This document shows, piece after piece, positions 1 through 10,854 of a DNA stretch of 64,000 nucleotides. Source of the stretch: an uncultured Acidobacteriota bacterium (GTDB lineage Bacteria > Acidobacteriota > Thermoanaerobaculia > Multivoradales > UBA5704); NCBI GenBank assembly GCA_963732005.1, contig CAVSXT010000005.1:237788-301787 (forward strand). Reading direction: 5' to 3'. The position numbers and the translations under genes were made by a program. Below the pieces are notes generated by a model that worked only from the letters and a program-made list of their open reading frames with translations, had not been told where the DNA came from and did not search any database. How positions within the stretch are numbered: the stretch's first letter is position 1; every line of letters begins with the position of its first letter.

Positions 1-1
1 T

Positions 2-976
2 CCGGCGGCGCCGGCCGCGCCGGCAGCCGCCGCCAGCGGCCAGCCGAAGGCCGTCGTGGTCCAGGCGATCAAGGACGTGGGCTCCGTCGCCAAGGGCGAC
101 CAGCTCGCCGAGGACTTCGAGATCCGCAACGACGGCAACGCGCCGCTCGAGATCACCGACGTCAGGCCTGCCTGCGGCTGCACGGTGGCCCACTACGACC
201 GCACGGTCGCGCCCGGCAGGAGCGGCGTCGTGCACCTGGTGATCGACACCACCAGCTTCACCGGCCCGGTGGCCAAGGGCGTGACCGTCTTCACCAACGA
301 TGCCGCCAACCCGCAGATCGAGCTGACCGTCCGCGCCAAGATCGACCCCTACATCGCGGTCAAGCCGGGCTATGCCCGCTACAGCATCGTGCGCGGCGAG
401 GCCAAGGAGGGCACGATCGTCCAGACGCTGTATGCGCCCGACGGCTCGCCGATGGACATCGTCAAGGTCGATTCGCCGTGGCCGTACCTGACGGTGACCT
501 TCCGCGAGGCGCAGGAGGGCGAGCGGCTGCCGGACGTGAAGGTCAAGCAGTGGCGTGTCGAGACGCTGCTGTCGAGCGACGCGCCGGTCGGCCCGCTCGC
601 CGGCAGGATCGTGGTGCACACCAACCATGCCCGGCAGAAGACGGTGGAGATCCCGGTCTCGGGCTTCGTGCGGCCGGTGATGGCGGTGACCCCGCCGAAG
701 GCCGACTTCGGCAAGCTCGAGGTCAAGGAGCCCCAGCGGCGCGTCCTCGACGTCAAGAACTTCGCCACCGAGCCGATCCGGGTGATCCGCGTCGATCCGG
801 TGGGCCAGGGCATCGAGGCCAAGGTCGAGCCGCTCGAGGAGGGACGTGAGTACGTGGTCCGGCTGACCCTCAACACGGGGATGCCCAAGGGGCCCTTCCA
901 CGGCAAGCTCACCATCCACACCGACAGCCCGAAATCGCCGGTGCTGGAGGTCGAGCTGACCGGCACCGTTCTGTAG
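2..976 (+). CDS. DUF1573 / Ig-like domain exported protein (5' truncated by window edge)
   Basis: Frame is open from base 2. Motif 'F.I.N.G..PL.I..V.PACGCT' is typical of DUF1573, followed by further Ig-like beta segments. Confidence 0.7.
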   Translation, partial: PAAPAAPAAAASGQPKAVVVQAIKDVGSVAKGDQLAEDFEIRNDGNAPLEITDVRPACGCTVAHYDRTVAPGRSGVVHLVIDTTSFTGPVAKGVTVFTNDAANPQIELTVRAKIDPYIAVKPGYARYSIVRGEAKEGTIVQTLYAPDGSPMDIVKVDSPWPYLTVTFREAQEGERLPDVKVKQWRVETLLSSDAPVGPLAGRIVVHTNHARQKTVEIPVSGFVRPVMAVTPPKADFGKLEVKEPQRRVLDVKNFATEPIRVIRVDPVGQGIEAKVEPLEEGREYVVRLTLNTGMPKGPFHGKLTIHTDSPKSPVLEVELTGTVL

Positions 977-1007
977 CGGCTGTTCCCGCGCCGCCCGTAT
1001 CCCGTTC

Positions 1008-1838
1008 TTAGCCGGGCGGCCCCCAGAGATCGCGCTCCGGCTTGGGCGGCGCCTGGCGGCGGTGCCCCCGGCCGCGCACCTCCGCCACCGCCTGCAGCGT
1101 CGGCCCCAGCACCTCGGCCTGCACGGCGGCGAGCTGGGCGATGCCCTGCAGGGCGAGGTCGATCAGGGCGTCCATCTCCGCGCGCCGGAAGCTGCGCCGC
1201 TCGCCGGTGCCCTGGATCTCCACCAGCGAGCCGCCGGCGGTGGCGACGACGTTCATGTCCACCTCCGCGACCCGGTCCTCCTCGTACTCGAGGTCGAGCA
1301 GCGGCACCCCGTCCGCGATCCCCACCGACACCGCCGCCAGCGCTTCGCCGAGCGGCCACTCCTTGATGTCGTTGCGCAGCAGCAGGCGCCCGAGCGCGAT
1401 GGCCATCGCGACGTAGGCGCCGGTGATCGCGGCGGTGCGCGTGCCGCCGTCGGCCTGCAGCACGTCGCAGTCGAGCGTCAGCGCGCGGTCGGGCATGGCC
1501 TTGAGATCCACCACCGAGCGCAGGCTGCGGCCGATGAGGCGCTGGATCTCGGAGGTGCGGCCCGATGGCCGGCCCTGTGAGACCTCGCGCGCCGTACGGG
1601 TGTGGGTGGCCCGGGGCAGCATCGAGTACTCGGCGGTGACCCAGCCCTGGCCGCTGTCCTTGAGGAACGGCGGCACGCGGGTGTCGGCGCTGGCGGCGAC
1701 CAGCACCCGGGTGTCGCCGAGCTCGATCAGCGCCGAGCCCTCGGCGAACTTGAGCACGTCGATCTCGATGCGGCACGGGCGCAGCGTGGCGGCGCCGCGG
1801 CCATGGTTGCGGCGCGGAGGAGCGGTCGGCGAGGTCAT
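1008..1838 (-). CDS. rph: Ribonuclease PH
   Basis: Motifs '[14 protein letters not shown]', '[14 protein letters not shown]', '[15 protein letters not shown]', '[18 protein letters not shown]'. Confidence 0.95.
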   Translation of the reverse strand: MTSPTAPPRRNHGRGAATLRPCRIEIDVLKFAEGSALIELGDTRVLVAASADTRVPPFLKDSGQGWVTAEYSMLPRATHTRTAREVSQGRPSGRTSEIQRLIGRSLRSVVDLKAMPDRALTLDCDVLQADGGTRTAAITGAYVAMAIALGRLLLRNDIKEWPLGEALAAVSVGIADGVPLLDLEYEEDRVAEVDMNVVATAGGSLVEIQGTGERRSFRRAEMDALIDLALQGIAQLAAVQAEVLGPTLQAVAEVRGRGHRRQAPPKPERDLWGPPG

Positions 1839-1851
1839 CGCCGCATTCTAC

Positions 1852-1879
1852 TCATCCGCGCAGGCCGCAGGGGCGTAAT
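1852..1879 (+). promoter_or_regulatory. Putative ECF-sigma promoter (TCATCC-N16-CGTAAT) upstream of the DUF4331 gene
   Basis: TCATCC at 1852-1857 and CGTA at 1874-1877, with a 16-nt spacer. Resembles promoters recalled for RskA-associated ECF sigma factors; assignment is inference. Confidence 0.4.
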
Positions 1880-1961
1880 GGGGATGGATGACCAAAGATC
1901 GAAGCAATGAAGGATAGGCTGAAGAGCATCGAGTCAACTCCAAGCTGAGAGGAGAACCGTT

Positions 1962-3494
1962 ATGAGACGCCGTATCGCAGCAGCCGTGCTGGCCGCCGCC
2001 GCCTTGATGACGATCGCGCTCTCCGGGGCGCCGGCAAGCGCCTCGAGCCACCGCGAGGCGCCGGGGATCGCCATGATGCCGAAGGTGGACGGCACCGATT
2101 TCTACATCTTCAACAGCTACGAGGCGGGCCGTGGCGGTTACGTGACCTTCCTCGCCAACTACGTGCCGCTGCAGGACGCCTACGGCGGTCCCAACTTCTT
2201 CACCCTCGATCAGGACGCCGTCTACCGCATCCACGTCGACAACGTCGGCAACGGCGTCGAGTCGACCACCTTCGAGTTCCGCGTCCAGCAGACGTTCAAC
2301 AACATCTCGCTGCCGGTCGGCGGCCAGACCGTGTCGGTGCCCTTCGTCAACGTCGGCCAGATCAGCGCCGGCCCCGGCGGCAACGCCGCCCAGAACGTCG
2401 AAGAGAGCTACGTGCTGAAGGTGATCAGCGGGCCGCTCGCCCACCGCACCGGCGCTGCGTATGCCAAGGACGCGGCAACCGGCCAGACCCGCTTCGCCAA
2501 GCCGATCGACAACATCGGCAACAAGTCGGTGCCGAACTACCACGACTACGCCGCCAGCTTCATCCACACCATCAACATCCCCGGCTGCGCCCAGACCGGC
2601 CGCGTGTTCGTGGGCCAGCGCCATGACGGCTTCGCCGTCAACCTCGGCGAGGTCTTCGACCTGGTCAACATCGCCAACCCGCTGGGCGACCGCAACGCCG
2701 AGCCCAACACCCTGGAGGACAAGAACGTCACCACCTTCGCCCTCGAGGTGCCGGCGTCCTGCCTGACCAGCTCCGCCAGCACGGTGATCGGCGCCTGGAC
2801 GACGGCGGCGCTGCCGCGCGACCGCGTGCTCTCGAACACGCCGGACTACCGCAACGCCAACCAGAGCGGGGACTATGTCCAGGTGTCGCGCCTAGGCGCG
2901 CCGCTGGTCAACGAGCTGGTCATCGGGCTGGCGGACAAGAACAAGTTCAACGGCAGCGCGCCGAGCGCCGACGCCCAGTTCGCCACCTACGTCACCAATC
3001 CGACGCTGCCGGCGGTGCTGCAGCTGCTGTTCGGCGCCGCCGGCGTGCAGGCGCCAACCAACTTCCCGCGCAAGGACCTGGTGGCGGCCTTCCTCACCGG
3101 CGTCGGCGGCCTGAACCAGCTCGGCGGGCCCGCCGAGGAGGTGCGGCTCAACACCGCCATCGCGCCGACCGCGGCAGCCAGCCAGAACAACCTCGGCGTG
3201 CTGGGAGGCGACAACGCCGGCTTTCCGAACGGCCGCCGGCCGGGCGACGACGTGGTGGACATCGAGCTGCGGGTGGCGATGGGCGTGCTGTGCGTCGCCT
3301 TCCCCGGCACCTATTGCAACCCCTCCGACGCGCCGTCGGGAGCCCTGCCGTTCACCGACGGGACGCTCAACGACGTCAGCCAGTTCGACGACACCTTCCC
3401 CTACCTCAAGGACCCCTTCCCGGGCTCGCCCAACGGACCGCTTGGCCCGAACGGCAACGGCCTGACCAGCAGCAGCTCAGGCGTCACCAGGTAA
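1962..3494 (+). CDS. DUF4331 domain secreted protein
   Basis: Signal peptide, then 'ASSHREAP...D.TDFY.F', 'QVSRLGAPLVNEL.I', 'GFPNGRRPGDDVVDI'. RBS GAGGAG upstream. Confidence 0.85.
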   Translation: MRRRIAAAVLAAAALMTIALSGAPASASSHREAPGIAMMPKVDGTDFYIFNSYEAGRGGYVTFLANYVPLQDAYGGPNFFTLDQDAVYRIHVDNVGNGVESTTFEFRVQQTFNNISLPVGGQTVSVPFVNVGQISAGPGGNAAQNVEESYVLKVISGPLAHRTGAAYAKDAATGQTRFAKPIDNIGNKSVPNYHDYAASFIHTINIPGCAQTGRVFVGQRHDGFAVNLGEVFDLVNIANPLGDRNAEPNTLEDKNVTTFALEVPASCLTSSASTVIGAWTTAALPRDRVLSNTPDYRNANQSGDYVQVSRLGAPLVNELVIGLADKNKFNGSAPSADAQFATYVTNPTLPAVLQLLFGAAGVQAPTNFPRKDLVAAFLTGVGGLNQLGGPAEEVRLNTAIAPTAAASQNNLGVLGGDNAGFPNGRRPGDDVVDIELRVAMGVLCVAFPGTYCNPSDAPSGALPFTDGTLNDVSQFDDTFPYLKDPFPGSPNGPLGPNGNGLTSSSSGVTR

Positions 3495-3536
3495 CCGGTC
3501 GCGCCGGCACCTCTGCTGTATCGTCCACCACACATC

Positions 3537-3571
3537 GCCCGCAGGCGCGCCGGTTTGGCGCGCCTGCGGGC
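3537..3571. terminator. Perfect 15-bp GC-rich hairpin between DUF4331 and DUF4198 genes
   Basis: GCCCGCAGGCGCGCC-GGTTT-GGCGCGCCTGCGGGC. No U-tract, so it may be an mRNA stabiliser rather than a terminator. Confidence 0.5.
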
Positions 3572-3631
3572 GCCGGCGGTAAGATCTGGCTGATGAAAAA
3601 CGGCAAGGGGAACCTCCAACCAAGAGGGACC

Positions 3632-4450
3632 ATGGCGGTCGTCCGCCTGGCCGTGGCGCTGGCGCTGCTCGGCGCCGCCGGCGCCTCGGCTCACGACCTG
3701 TGGATCGAGCCCTCGGCGTTCCTGCCGGCGCCGGGCACCCGGCTGGCCGTGCGCCTGTTCATCGGCCAGCTCTTCCGGGGCGACGTCTATCCGCGCGACC
3801 CGCGCTACCTGGTGCGCTTCGCGATGATCGGCGCCGGCGGCGAGTCGCCGATTCCCGGCATCCCGGATACCGATCCGGCCGGCTTCCTGGTGATCGGCCA
3901 GCCCGGGCTCTACCAGCTGGTCTATGCCAGCCGCCCTGCCGCCGTCGAGCTCGACGCCACGAAGTTCGAGGCCTACCTCGCCGACGAGGGTCTCGAGCCG
4001 ATCAGCGCCTGGCGCGCGCAACACGGCCAGAGCGCGGCGCGGGCCAAGGAGCTATACTCGCGCTGCGCCAAGTCGTTGATCGCGGTGGGAGGAGATGCCG
4101 GTTCCGGGCATGAGCGGGTGCTGGGGCTGACGCTCGAGCTGATCCCGGAGAAGAACCCCTACACCCTGGCCGCCGGGCAGGAGCTGCCGGTGCGCCTGCT
4201 GTATCAGGGCAAGCCGCTGGTTGGCGCGAAGGTCGCGGCGGTGCCGAAGGACCAGCCGGCGCGCCAGGTGTCGGCGCGCACCGACGCCCAGGGGCGTGTC
4301 CACCTGCCGCTCGCCGGCGCCGGTGTCTGGCTGGTCAAGGCGGTGCACATGATCGCCGCGCCGCCGGGAGCCGGCGCCGACTGGGAGAGCTTCTGGGCGT
4401 CGCTGACCTTCGCGTTGCCGGCGCATCCCCTGCGGTCGGAACGCCGATAG
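3632..4450 (+). CDS. DUF4198 domain exported protein
   Basis: Signal peptide then 'AHDLWIEP', 'YSRCAKSL', 'LELIPEKNPY', 'TDAQGRV', 'WLVKAVHM', 'WESFWASLTF'. Start chosen at the ATG after AGAGGG. Confidence 0.75.
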   Translation: MAVVRLAVALALLGAAGASAHDLWIEPSAFLPAPGTRLAVRLFIGQLFRGDVYPRDPRYLVRFAMIGAGGESPIPGIPDTDPAGFLVIGQPGLYQLVYASRPAAVELDATKFEAYLADEGLEPISAWRAQHGQSAARAKELYSRCAKSLIAVGGDAGSGHERVLGLTLELIPEKNPYTLAAGQELPVRLLYQGKPLVGAKVAAVPKDQPARQVSARTDAQGRVHLPLAGAGVWLVKAVHMIAAPPGAGADWESFWASLTFALPAHPLRSERR

Positions 4451-4519
4451 CCAGCCACGGGTCTCTCGCTTCGAGGATCGCCAAGCGGTCGGGACCAACC
4501 AAGTCACGGGACCCTCGAC

Positions 4520-5077
4520 ATGGACGGCACGCACCTCGAGGATTCCTTTCTCATCGGGCGGATCAGCGCCGGCGACCAGGAGGCCTTCGCCAGCTTCTTC
4601 GACCGCCATTCGGCGGCCGTCCTGGGCCTGGTGTTCCGCATCCTGGGCGCCCGCGCCGAAGCGGAAGAGGTGCTGCAGGAGGTGTTCCTGCAGGTCTGGC
4701 GGCAGTCCGACCGCTACGAGCCCGGCCGCTCGACGCCCCGTGGCTGGCTGCTCATGGTGGGCCGTTCGCGCGCTCTCGACCGGCTGCGCCGGCGCGACGC
4801 CCGCGACCGGCACGAGCAGGAAGCGATGGCCGACGCCGCGTTCCCGCGCCTGGCGGAGCCCCTGGGCACCGAACGGCTGGAGGAGGTCGAGCGCGGCGAT
4901 CGGGTGCATGCGGCGCTCAATCTGCTCTCCCCGGAGCAGCGTAGATGCATTGAGCTGGCGTTCTTCGAGGGTCTGACCCACACGCAGATCGCCGAGCGGC
5001 TCGCTGCCCCGCTGGGTACGGTCAAGTCCCGCATCCTGCTGGGCATGAACAAGCTGCGACAAGCCCTGAACGCCTGA
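4520..5077 (+). CDS. ECF RNA polymerase sigma factor (SigK-like)
   Basis: Region 2 '[14 protein letters not shown]'; region 4 '[27 protein letters not shown]'. Confidence 0.92.
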   Translation: MDGTHLEDSFLIGRISAGDQEAFASFFDRHSAAVLGLVFRILGARAEAEEVLQEVFLQVWRQSDRYEPGRSTPRGWLLMVGRSRALDRLRRRDARDRHEQEAMADAAFPRLAEPLGTERLEEVERGDRVHAALNLLSPEQRRCIELAFFEGLTHTQIAERLAAPLGTVKSRILLGMNKLRQALNA

Positions 5078-5079
5078 CC

Positions 5080-6006
5080 ATGACCGCCACGACCCATACG
5101 CCCCACATCGACGAGCTGCTGCCGGCCTATGCCCTGGGCGCGCTCGACGGCGAGGAGCTGCGCGAGATGCAGGCGCATCTGGCGGCGGCGAGCCCGGCCG
5201 GCCCGGCTTCCTCGGGCGGTACGAGCTGTCCGGTCTGCCAGCGCGAGCTGCGGCGGTTGGCCGGCGACCTCGAAGCGTTGGCCGGCGCCGCGGCGACCGT
5301 CCCCGCGGCCTTGGCGAGCGATGGCACCGCCGTCGTCGGCATGCTCGGCGGCGTCAGGTCGCGGCTGCTGGCGGCGGTGGCCGCCGCGCCGCGTCCCCTT
5401 GCGGCAGCCGGCGAGACGAGTGCGGCGACCGGCCGTCGCGGTGCCACCAGCCGCCCGGCACACCTCGCCGGCCGCTGGCAGCTGCTGGCCGCGGCGGCCG
5501 TGCTGGTGCTCGTCGCGGCCTGGGGTCTGGCGCGTCAGGCCAGCCTGGGCAACGAGGTCGAGCGCCTGCGCGGCGAGCGCCGGCAGCTGGCGGCGCGGGC
5601 CGATGCGCTCGAGCGCCAGCTGGCGCAGACGCAGGCGGAGGCGGGGCGGCTGGCGCGCACCCTGTCGATCATCGCCGCGCCGGGCGTGGAGTCGGTCCGC
5701 CTCGCGGGCATGGGCGCATCCCAGGCGGCGGCCGGCCGCACCTACGTCAACACCGCCGACCGCAAGGCGGTGTTCTATGCCTTCGGCCTGCCCGCCCTGG
5801 GCCCCGGCAAGACGTACCAGCTCTGGTACATCGACGACGAGGAGCACACCACCTCGGCCGGCATCTTCAACGTGGACGCCAGCGGCAAGGCCTCGCTGGT
5901 GGTGGACACGGCGCTTCCCGTGGAGCGTGTCCAGGCCTGGGCGGTGACCGTCGAGCCGAGCGGCGGCCGGCCGCAGCCCACCGGACCCATGGCTCTCGCC
6001 GGGTAG
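5080..6006 (+). CDS. Anti-sigma factor, RskA family
   Basis: N-terminal '[11 protein letters not shown]', one TM segment, coiled coil, C-terminal 'KTYQLWYI...[14 protein letters not shown]'. Directly follows the sigma gene. Confidence 0.85.
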   Translation: MTATTHTPHIDELLPAYALGALDGEELREMQAHLAAASPAGPASSGGTSCPVCQRELRRLAGDLEALAGAAATVPAALASDGTAVVGMLGGVRSRLLAAVAAAPRPLAAAGETSAATGRRGATSRPAHLAGRWQLLAAAAVLVLVAAWGLARQASLGNEVERLRGERRQLAARADALERQLAQTQAEAGRLARTLSIIAAPGVESVRLAGMGASQAAAGRTYVNTADRKAVFYAFGLPALGPGKTYQLWYIDDEEHTTSAGIFNVDASGKASLVVDTALPVERVQAWAVTVEPSGGRPQPTGPMALAG

Positions 6007-6125
6007 CGGATCGCCCCCGACCGCGAGGTCGTCACCGCTTTCTGAACGGCAGCCTCCTCCGGCCCCGCTGGGACCGGATAGACTCGCGTCATGGATTCAG
6101 GCGGGCTCCGAGCCAGCGCAGACGG

Positions 6126-7118
6126 ATGCAGGTGAGCGGCCCGCTCGACCGCTTGCGGGAGCGTGCTCGCGAGGCGCGGGCGACGATCGTCCTCGCGGAG
6201 GGCGACGACCCGCGAGTGGTGGCGGCTGCCGAAGCCGCGGCGGCCGCCGGCCTTTGCCGCCCGCGGCTGCTGGGAACGCCCGCGGCGGTGGCGCGTGCCG
6301 CGGCGGCCGCGGCGGTGACGCTGACCGTACCGGTCGTCGAGCCGGTGGCGACTGCCGGTGAAGCCGAGCTGATCGCCGGCCGCCTGATGCGGTACCTGCC
6401 GCCGGCGGGCCGGCAGGCGGAGATCGACCGCCTCTGCCGCGACCCCCTGTACTATGCCGCCATGCAGGTGGCGACCGGTGACGCCGATGGCGCGGTCATG
6501 GGCGCCGCGGTGACCACCGCGGAGACGATGCGCGCGGCGCTGCGGATGGTGGGGCCGCGGCCGGGCCTGAAGCTGGTCTCCTCCTGCTTCCTGATGGTGA
6601 TGCCGGACGGCCGCGGCCTGGTCTACAGCGATTGCGGCGTGGTGCCGGACCCGACCTCCGAGCAGCTCGCCGACATCGCGGAGGCGGCCGCCGCCAGTTG
6701 CCGTGACCTGCTTGACGAAGAGCCGCGGGTGGCGCTGCTGTCGTTCTCCACCCACGGCAGCGCCGCCCATCCCCGGGTCGCCAAGGTGCGCCACGCGCTG
6801 TCGCTGCTGCGTGCGCGCCAGGTGGGTTTTGCCGTCGACGGCGAGCTGCAGGCGGACGCCGCGCTGGTGCCCGAAGTGGCGGCGCGCAAGGCGCCCGGCA
6901 GCCCGCTGGCGGGGCGCGCCAACGTGTTAATCTTTCCCGATCTCGACGCCGGCAACATCGCCTACAAGCTCACCGAGCGCCTGGCGGGAGCGCGTGCGGT
7001 GGGGCCGCTGCTGCAGGGGCTGGCGCGGCCCATCAACGACCTGTCGCGCGGCGCTTCCGTAGAAGACATCGTGGAGGTCATGGCAGTGACGGCCTTGGCG
7101 GCCCGGAGACCTGTATGA
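6126..7118 (+). CDS. pta: Phosphate acetyltransferase
   Basis: '[11 protein letters not shown]', '[10 protein letters not shown]', '[10 protein letters not shown]', '[18 protein letters not shown]', 'PINDLSRG'. Confidence 0.85.
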   Translation: MQVSGPLDRLRERAREARATIVLAEGDDPRVVAAAEAAAAAGLCRPRLLGTPAAVARAAAAAAVTLTVPVVEPVATAGEAELIAGRLMRYLPPAGRQAEIDRLCRDPLYYAAMQVATGDADGAVMGAAVTTAETMRAALRMVGPRPGLKLVSSCFLMVMPDGRGLVYSDCGVVPDPTSEQLADIAEAAAASCRDLLDEEPRVALLSFSTHGSAAHPRVAKVRHALSLLRARQVGFAVDGELQADAALVPEVAARKAPGSPLAGRANVLIFPDLDAGNIAYKLTERLAGARAVGPLLQGLARPINDLSRGASVEDIVEVMAVTALAARRPV

Positions 7119-8410
7119 AGGTGCTGGTGGTGGGAGCGGGCGCGCGCGAGCATGCCCTGTGCTGGAAGCTGCGGCAGAGCCCGCTGCTGCGCGACCTCTA
7201 CTGTGCCCCCGGCAACCCCGGGATCGCGCAGCTCGCCGACCTCGTGCCGGTGGCGCCGGAGGAGATCCACCGGCTTGCCGACTTCGCCGCCGATCTGCGA
7301 ATCGACCTGACGGTGGTGGGGCCGGAGCTGCCGCTCACCCTGGGCATCGGCGACGAGTTCTCGCGCCGCGGCCTGCCCATCTTCGCCCCCAGCCAGCGGG
7401 CGGCGGAGATCGAGGGCAGCAAGGTGTTCGCCAAGCAGTTCATGGAGCGCCACGGCGTGCCCACGGCGCCGTTCGCGGTGGTGCACGGCGCCGCCGAGGC
7501 GCGCGCCGCCTGCGGCCGCTTCGGCTACCCGGTGGTGGTCAAGGCCGATGGGCTGGCCGCCGGCAAGGGAGTCACGATCGCCGCCGGCGAGGAGGAGTTC
7601 GAGGCGGCAATCGCGGCTCTGTTCGAGGAACGCCGTTTTGGCGCGGGCAGCGACCGGGCGGTCGTCGAGCAGTTCCTGGCCGGCGAGGAGGTCTCGTTCA
7701 TGGCCATCTGCGACGGCGAGCGGCTCCTGCCCCTGGCCATCGCCAAGGATTACAAGCGCATCGGCAACGGCGACACCGGTCCGAACACTGGCGGCATGGG
7801 GTCCCACAGCCCCGGCGGCCTGCCTTCCGGAGAGGCGGCGGCGGAGATCGTCGAGACCGTCATGCGCACCACCATCGCCGGCCTGGCCGAGGAAGGGCGC
7901 CCCTTCGCCGGCGTCCTCTACGCCGGCATGATCCTGACCGCCGACGGCCCCAAGGTGCTGGAGTTCAACGCCCGGCTCGGAGATCCCGAAGCGCAGGTGC
8001 TGATGCTACGGCTCGAGGACGACCTGCTGCCGGTGCTCGCGGCGGCCGCGGCGGGGGACCTCGAGCGCAACCACCGGCTGCGCTTCCGCAAGGAAGCCGC
8101 CGCCTGCGTCGTGCTGGCGAGTCAGGGCTACCCGGGACGGTCGGTCACCGGGGAGGTCATCCAGGGGCTCGACCAGGCGGCGCAGCTGGGCACCGAGGTG
8201 TTCCACGCCGGCACCCGGCGCGGGCCGCGCGGCGAGCTGCTGACCGCGGGCGGCCGGGTGCTGTCGGTGTGCGCGCTGGGATCCGATCTGGTGGGGGCGC
8301 TCAAGCGGGCCTATGCGGGAGTCGCCGAGATCCACTGGCCGGCCAAGGTCTTCCGGCGCGACATCGGCCGCCGGGTGCTGGATCTGCAGCCGCCGGCGGC
8401 GGGCGGCTGA
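7115..8410 (+). CDS. purD: Phosphoribosylamine--glycine ligase
   Basis: 'GAREHAL', 'APGNPG', 'EGSKVFAK', '[12 protein letters not shown]', 'GPNTGGMG', '[11 protein letters not shown]'. Confidence 0.97.
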   Translation: MKVLVVGAGAREHALCWKLRQSPLLRDLYCAPGNPGIAQLADLVPVAPEEIHRLADFAADLRIDLTVVGPELPLTLGIGDEFSRRGLPIFAPSQRAAEIEGSKVFAKQFMERHGVPTAPFAVVHGAAEARAACGRFGYPVVVKADGLAAGKGVTIAAGEEEFEAAIAALFEERRFGAGSDRAVVEQFLAGEEVSFMAICDGERLLPLAIAKDYKRIGNGDTGPNTGGMGSHSPGGLPSGEAAAEIVETVMRTTIAGLAEEGRPFAGVLYAGMILTADGPKVLEFNARLGDPEAQVLMLRLEDDLLPVLAAAAAGDLERNHRLRFRKEAAACVVLASQGYPGRSVTGEVIQGLDQAAQLGTEVFHAGTRRGPRGELLTAGGRVLSVCALGSDLVGALKRAYAGVAEIHWPAKVFRRDIGRRVLDLQPPAAGG

Positions 8411-8571
8411 AGCTGGCCGCGGCCCGGCCGCAGCCTGCCCGCAGCTCGGCTCCAGCCCGGCCGGGGCACCTCGCCGGTCGTGATACCCTCTCCCTGGTAT
8501 TCATCGTGCATGAAATGCGTGAGCTGCGTGAACTGTGACGGTTGTTTACAGGTGGCACGGGACCTACGACC

Positions 8572-9312
8572 ATGAGTGGATGTAGCGGCTGCGCTTTCAA
8601 GGGGATGTCGACCGCCGTCGAAGACACTTACGTCGGCGTGCGCTTCCGTGAAGAGACCAACGTGACGCTCTGCGCCACCGCCGGCACGATCTACGCTTTC
8701 GGCGAGCAGGTGGTGGTGGACCTCGAGTCGGGGCCCGCCTATGGCCGGGTCGAGCGCTCGCCGATGCCGGTCTTCAAGCCGTGCCAGAAATCGGGCGCGC
8801 GGCCGATCCTGCGCCGGGCGGACGATGCCGATACGGCGGCCCACGAGCGCCAGCGGCAGAGCGAGATGACCGCCAAGCTCTTCGCCCAGGAGCGGGCGCG
8901 CTCGCTCGGCCTGGACATGAAGGTGTCGCTGGTCGAGTTCTCGCTCAGCGGCAAGAAGGCGAATTTCTACTTCACCTCCGACGGGCGGGTGGACTTCCGC
9001 CAGCTGGTCCGCGACCTGTCCAGCCGGTTTTCGGTGCGGGTGAAGATGGTGCAGGTAGGCGCCCGCGACGAGGCCGGCCTGGTCGGCGGCATCGGCATCT
9101 GCGGCCGCACGCTGTGCTGCTCGACCTGGCTCAAGGATTTCCGGCCGATCTCGATCCAGATGGCCAAGCGCCAGAACCTGTCGCTCAATCCGTCGAAGAT
9201 CTCCGGCCAGTGCGGCAGGCTGCTGTGCTGCCTGGCCTACGAGGACGATCAATACAAGACCCGGAACCCGGACGCCCGGCCGCCGTCGCCGCAGGTGTCC
9301 GAGGTCGCCTGA
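8572..9312 (+). CDS. ricT: PSP1-domain Fe-S protein (RicT/YaaT family)
   Basis: 'RVDFRQLVRDL', 'GIGICGRTLCC', 'MAKRQNLSLNPSKISGQCGRLLCCLAYE'. Confidence 0.8.
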   Translation: MSGCSGCAFKGMSTAVEDTYVGVRFREETNVTLCATAGTIYAFGEQVVVDLESGPAYGRVERSPMPVFKPCQKSGARPILRRADDADTAAHERQRQSEMTAKLFAQERARSLGLDMKVSLVEFSLSGKKANFYFTSDGRVDFRQLVRDLSSRFSVRVKMVQVGARDEAGLVGGIGICGRTLCCSTWLKDFRPISIQMAKRQNLSLNPSKISGQCGRLLCCLAYEDDQYKTRNPDARPPSPQVSEVA

Positions 9313-9338
9313 CGCCGCGCCCGAGACGGAATACCGCC

Positions 9339-9677
9339 ATGGCCAACCGCAAGCTGATCCGCCCGGACATGAACGAGCTCAAGAACGCGCTGCCGTCGCG
9401 CAGCCTGCGCCGCAAGCAGACGCCGCCGGAGCAGACCAACGCCGAGGAGTTCTACTACCTCAAGCAGATGGCGGCGAAGACCCCGATGGTGCTCATCCTC
9501 GACGACGGCGAGGAGCTGCGGGGCTGGATCGAGTGGTACGACAAGGGTGCGCTCAAGCTCAACCGGCACTCCGGGCCCAACCTGCTGATCCAGAAGCGCA
9601 CCATCCGCTACATGTTCAAGGAAGAGGAGCTCAAGCGCCGGCCGCGCCGTAGCGGCGAGCCTCCGACGGAGCCGTAA
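9339..9677 (+). CDS. Hfq/Sm-like RNA chaperone (Acidobacterial type)
   Basis: 'TNAEEFYYLKQM..KTPMVLIL.DGE.LRGWIEWYD..ALKL..' fits an Sm1/Sm2 pattern. Confidence 0.55.
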   Translation: MANRKLIRPDMNELKNALPSRSLRRKQTPPEQTNAEEFYYLKQMAAKTPMVLILDDGEELRGWIEWYDKGALKLNRHSGPNLLIQKRTIRYMFKEEELKRRPRRSGEPPTEP

Positions 9678-9687
9678 GCGGCCCGCC

Positions 9688-10728
9688 GTGTCTCCCCTGC
9701 GTCTGGCCCTCACCCAGGGGGATCCCGCCGGCATCGGTCCGGAGATCCTGCTCAAGCTGCTCTCCGCGCGGGGAGATCCGGCGATCGGCGACCGCTGGCA
9801 GCCGATCCTGGTGGCCGAGCGGGCGGCGCTGGAGGTGCTGCGGCCCTCGCTGCCCGGCGCCCCGTGGGACCGGTTGCATTATCTCGGCGGCTTGCCCGGC
9901 GCCGCCGAGCTGGAGGGCCTCCCTGCCGGCACCCTGCCGGTGGTGGATCCGGTGGGGATGCGGCGCACCGTGCTGCCGGGCAGCTCGGGGCCGGCCGATG
10001 CCGCCGGTGCCATGGCGGCCCTCGACGCCGGCATCGCGCTGGTACGCCAGGGGACGGCCGACGCGCTGGTCACCGCGCCGGTGGCCAAGGACTCCATCGC
10101 CCGCCATCTGCTGCCGGACTTCCGCGGCCACACCGACTACCTGGCGGCGGCCTGCGACCTCGAGCGCTACGGCCGCGATTACCTGATGGCATTCCTGGCT
10201 CCCGACCTGCAGGTGGCGCTGCTCACCGTGCACCTGCCGCTGGTGCCGGCGCTGGCGGCGGCGCTCGAGCCGCGGGCGCTCGACGAGGCGCTCGCCTGCC
10301 TGGACCGTCACGCCGGCGGCCGCATCGCCCTGGCCGGGCTCAACCCGCACGCCGGCGAGGGCGGGCTGCTCGGCGGCGAGGAGGGAGCGGTGCTGGCGCC
10401 GGCGGTCGAGCGTGCCCGTCGCGCCGGCCGCGACGTCCATGGGCCCGAGAGCGCCGACTCGCTCTTCGCTCGCGCCCGCCGGGGCGAGTTCGACTGGGTG
10501 CTGGCCCTTTATCACGACCAGGGCCTGATCGCGGTCAAGACCGCCGCCTTCGGTCTGGCGACCAACTGGACCCTGGGGCTGCCTTTCCTGCGCACCTCGG
10601 TGGACCACGGCACCGCTTTTCATCTGGCGGGTCGTGGCCTGGCGGATGAGCGGCCGCTGTCGGCGGTGGTGGAAACCACCCTGGCGCTGGCGGCCGGCGA
10701 GCTGCCGCGGCGGCGCCGTCGCCCGTAG
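9688..10728 (+). CDS. pdxA: 4-hydroxythreonine-4-phosphate dehydrogenase
   Basis: 'TQGDPAGIGPEI', 'VTAPVAK', 'GHTDYL', 'GLNPHAGE', 'LYHDQGLI', 'RTSVDHGTAF'. Confidence 0.9.
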   Translation: MSPLRLALTQGDPAGIGPEILLKLLSARGDPAIGDRWQPILVAERAALEVLRPSLPGAPWDRLHYLGGLPGAAELEGLPAGTLPVVDPVGMRRTVLPGSSGPADAAGAMAALDAGIALVRQGTADALVTAPVAKDSIARHLLPDFRGHTDYLAAACDLERYGRDYLMAFLAPDLQVALLTVHLPLVPALAAALEPRALDEALACLDRHAGGRIALAGLNPHAGEGGLLGGEEGAVLAPAVERARRAGRDVHGPESADSLFARARRGEFDWVLALYHDQGLIAVKTAAFGLATNWTLGLPFLRTSVDHGTAFHLAGRGLADERPLSAVVETTLALAAGELPRRRRRP

Positions 10729-10777
10729 CCGGCGCCTGGGACTCGCGGAGAACCTTCCGGCCGCCTTCCACGCACCT

Positions 10778-10814
10778 GTTGACTGGCTACAGGAGATCCC
10801 TGTAGATTGTCAAC
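10778..10814. promoter_or_regulatory. Interrupted inverted repeat upstream of the ADOP permease (candidate operator)
   Basis: GTTGAC-TGG-CTACAGG-AGATC-CCTGTAG-ATT-GTCAAC; 26 of 37 positions self-complementary. Confidence 0.5.
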
Positions 10815-10854
10815 ATGAGCGACGGGTGGGCCGCCCGCGGGAGGTGAGTTGGAG

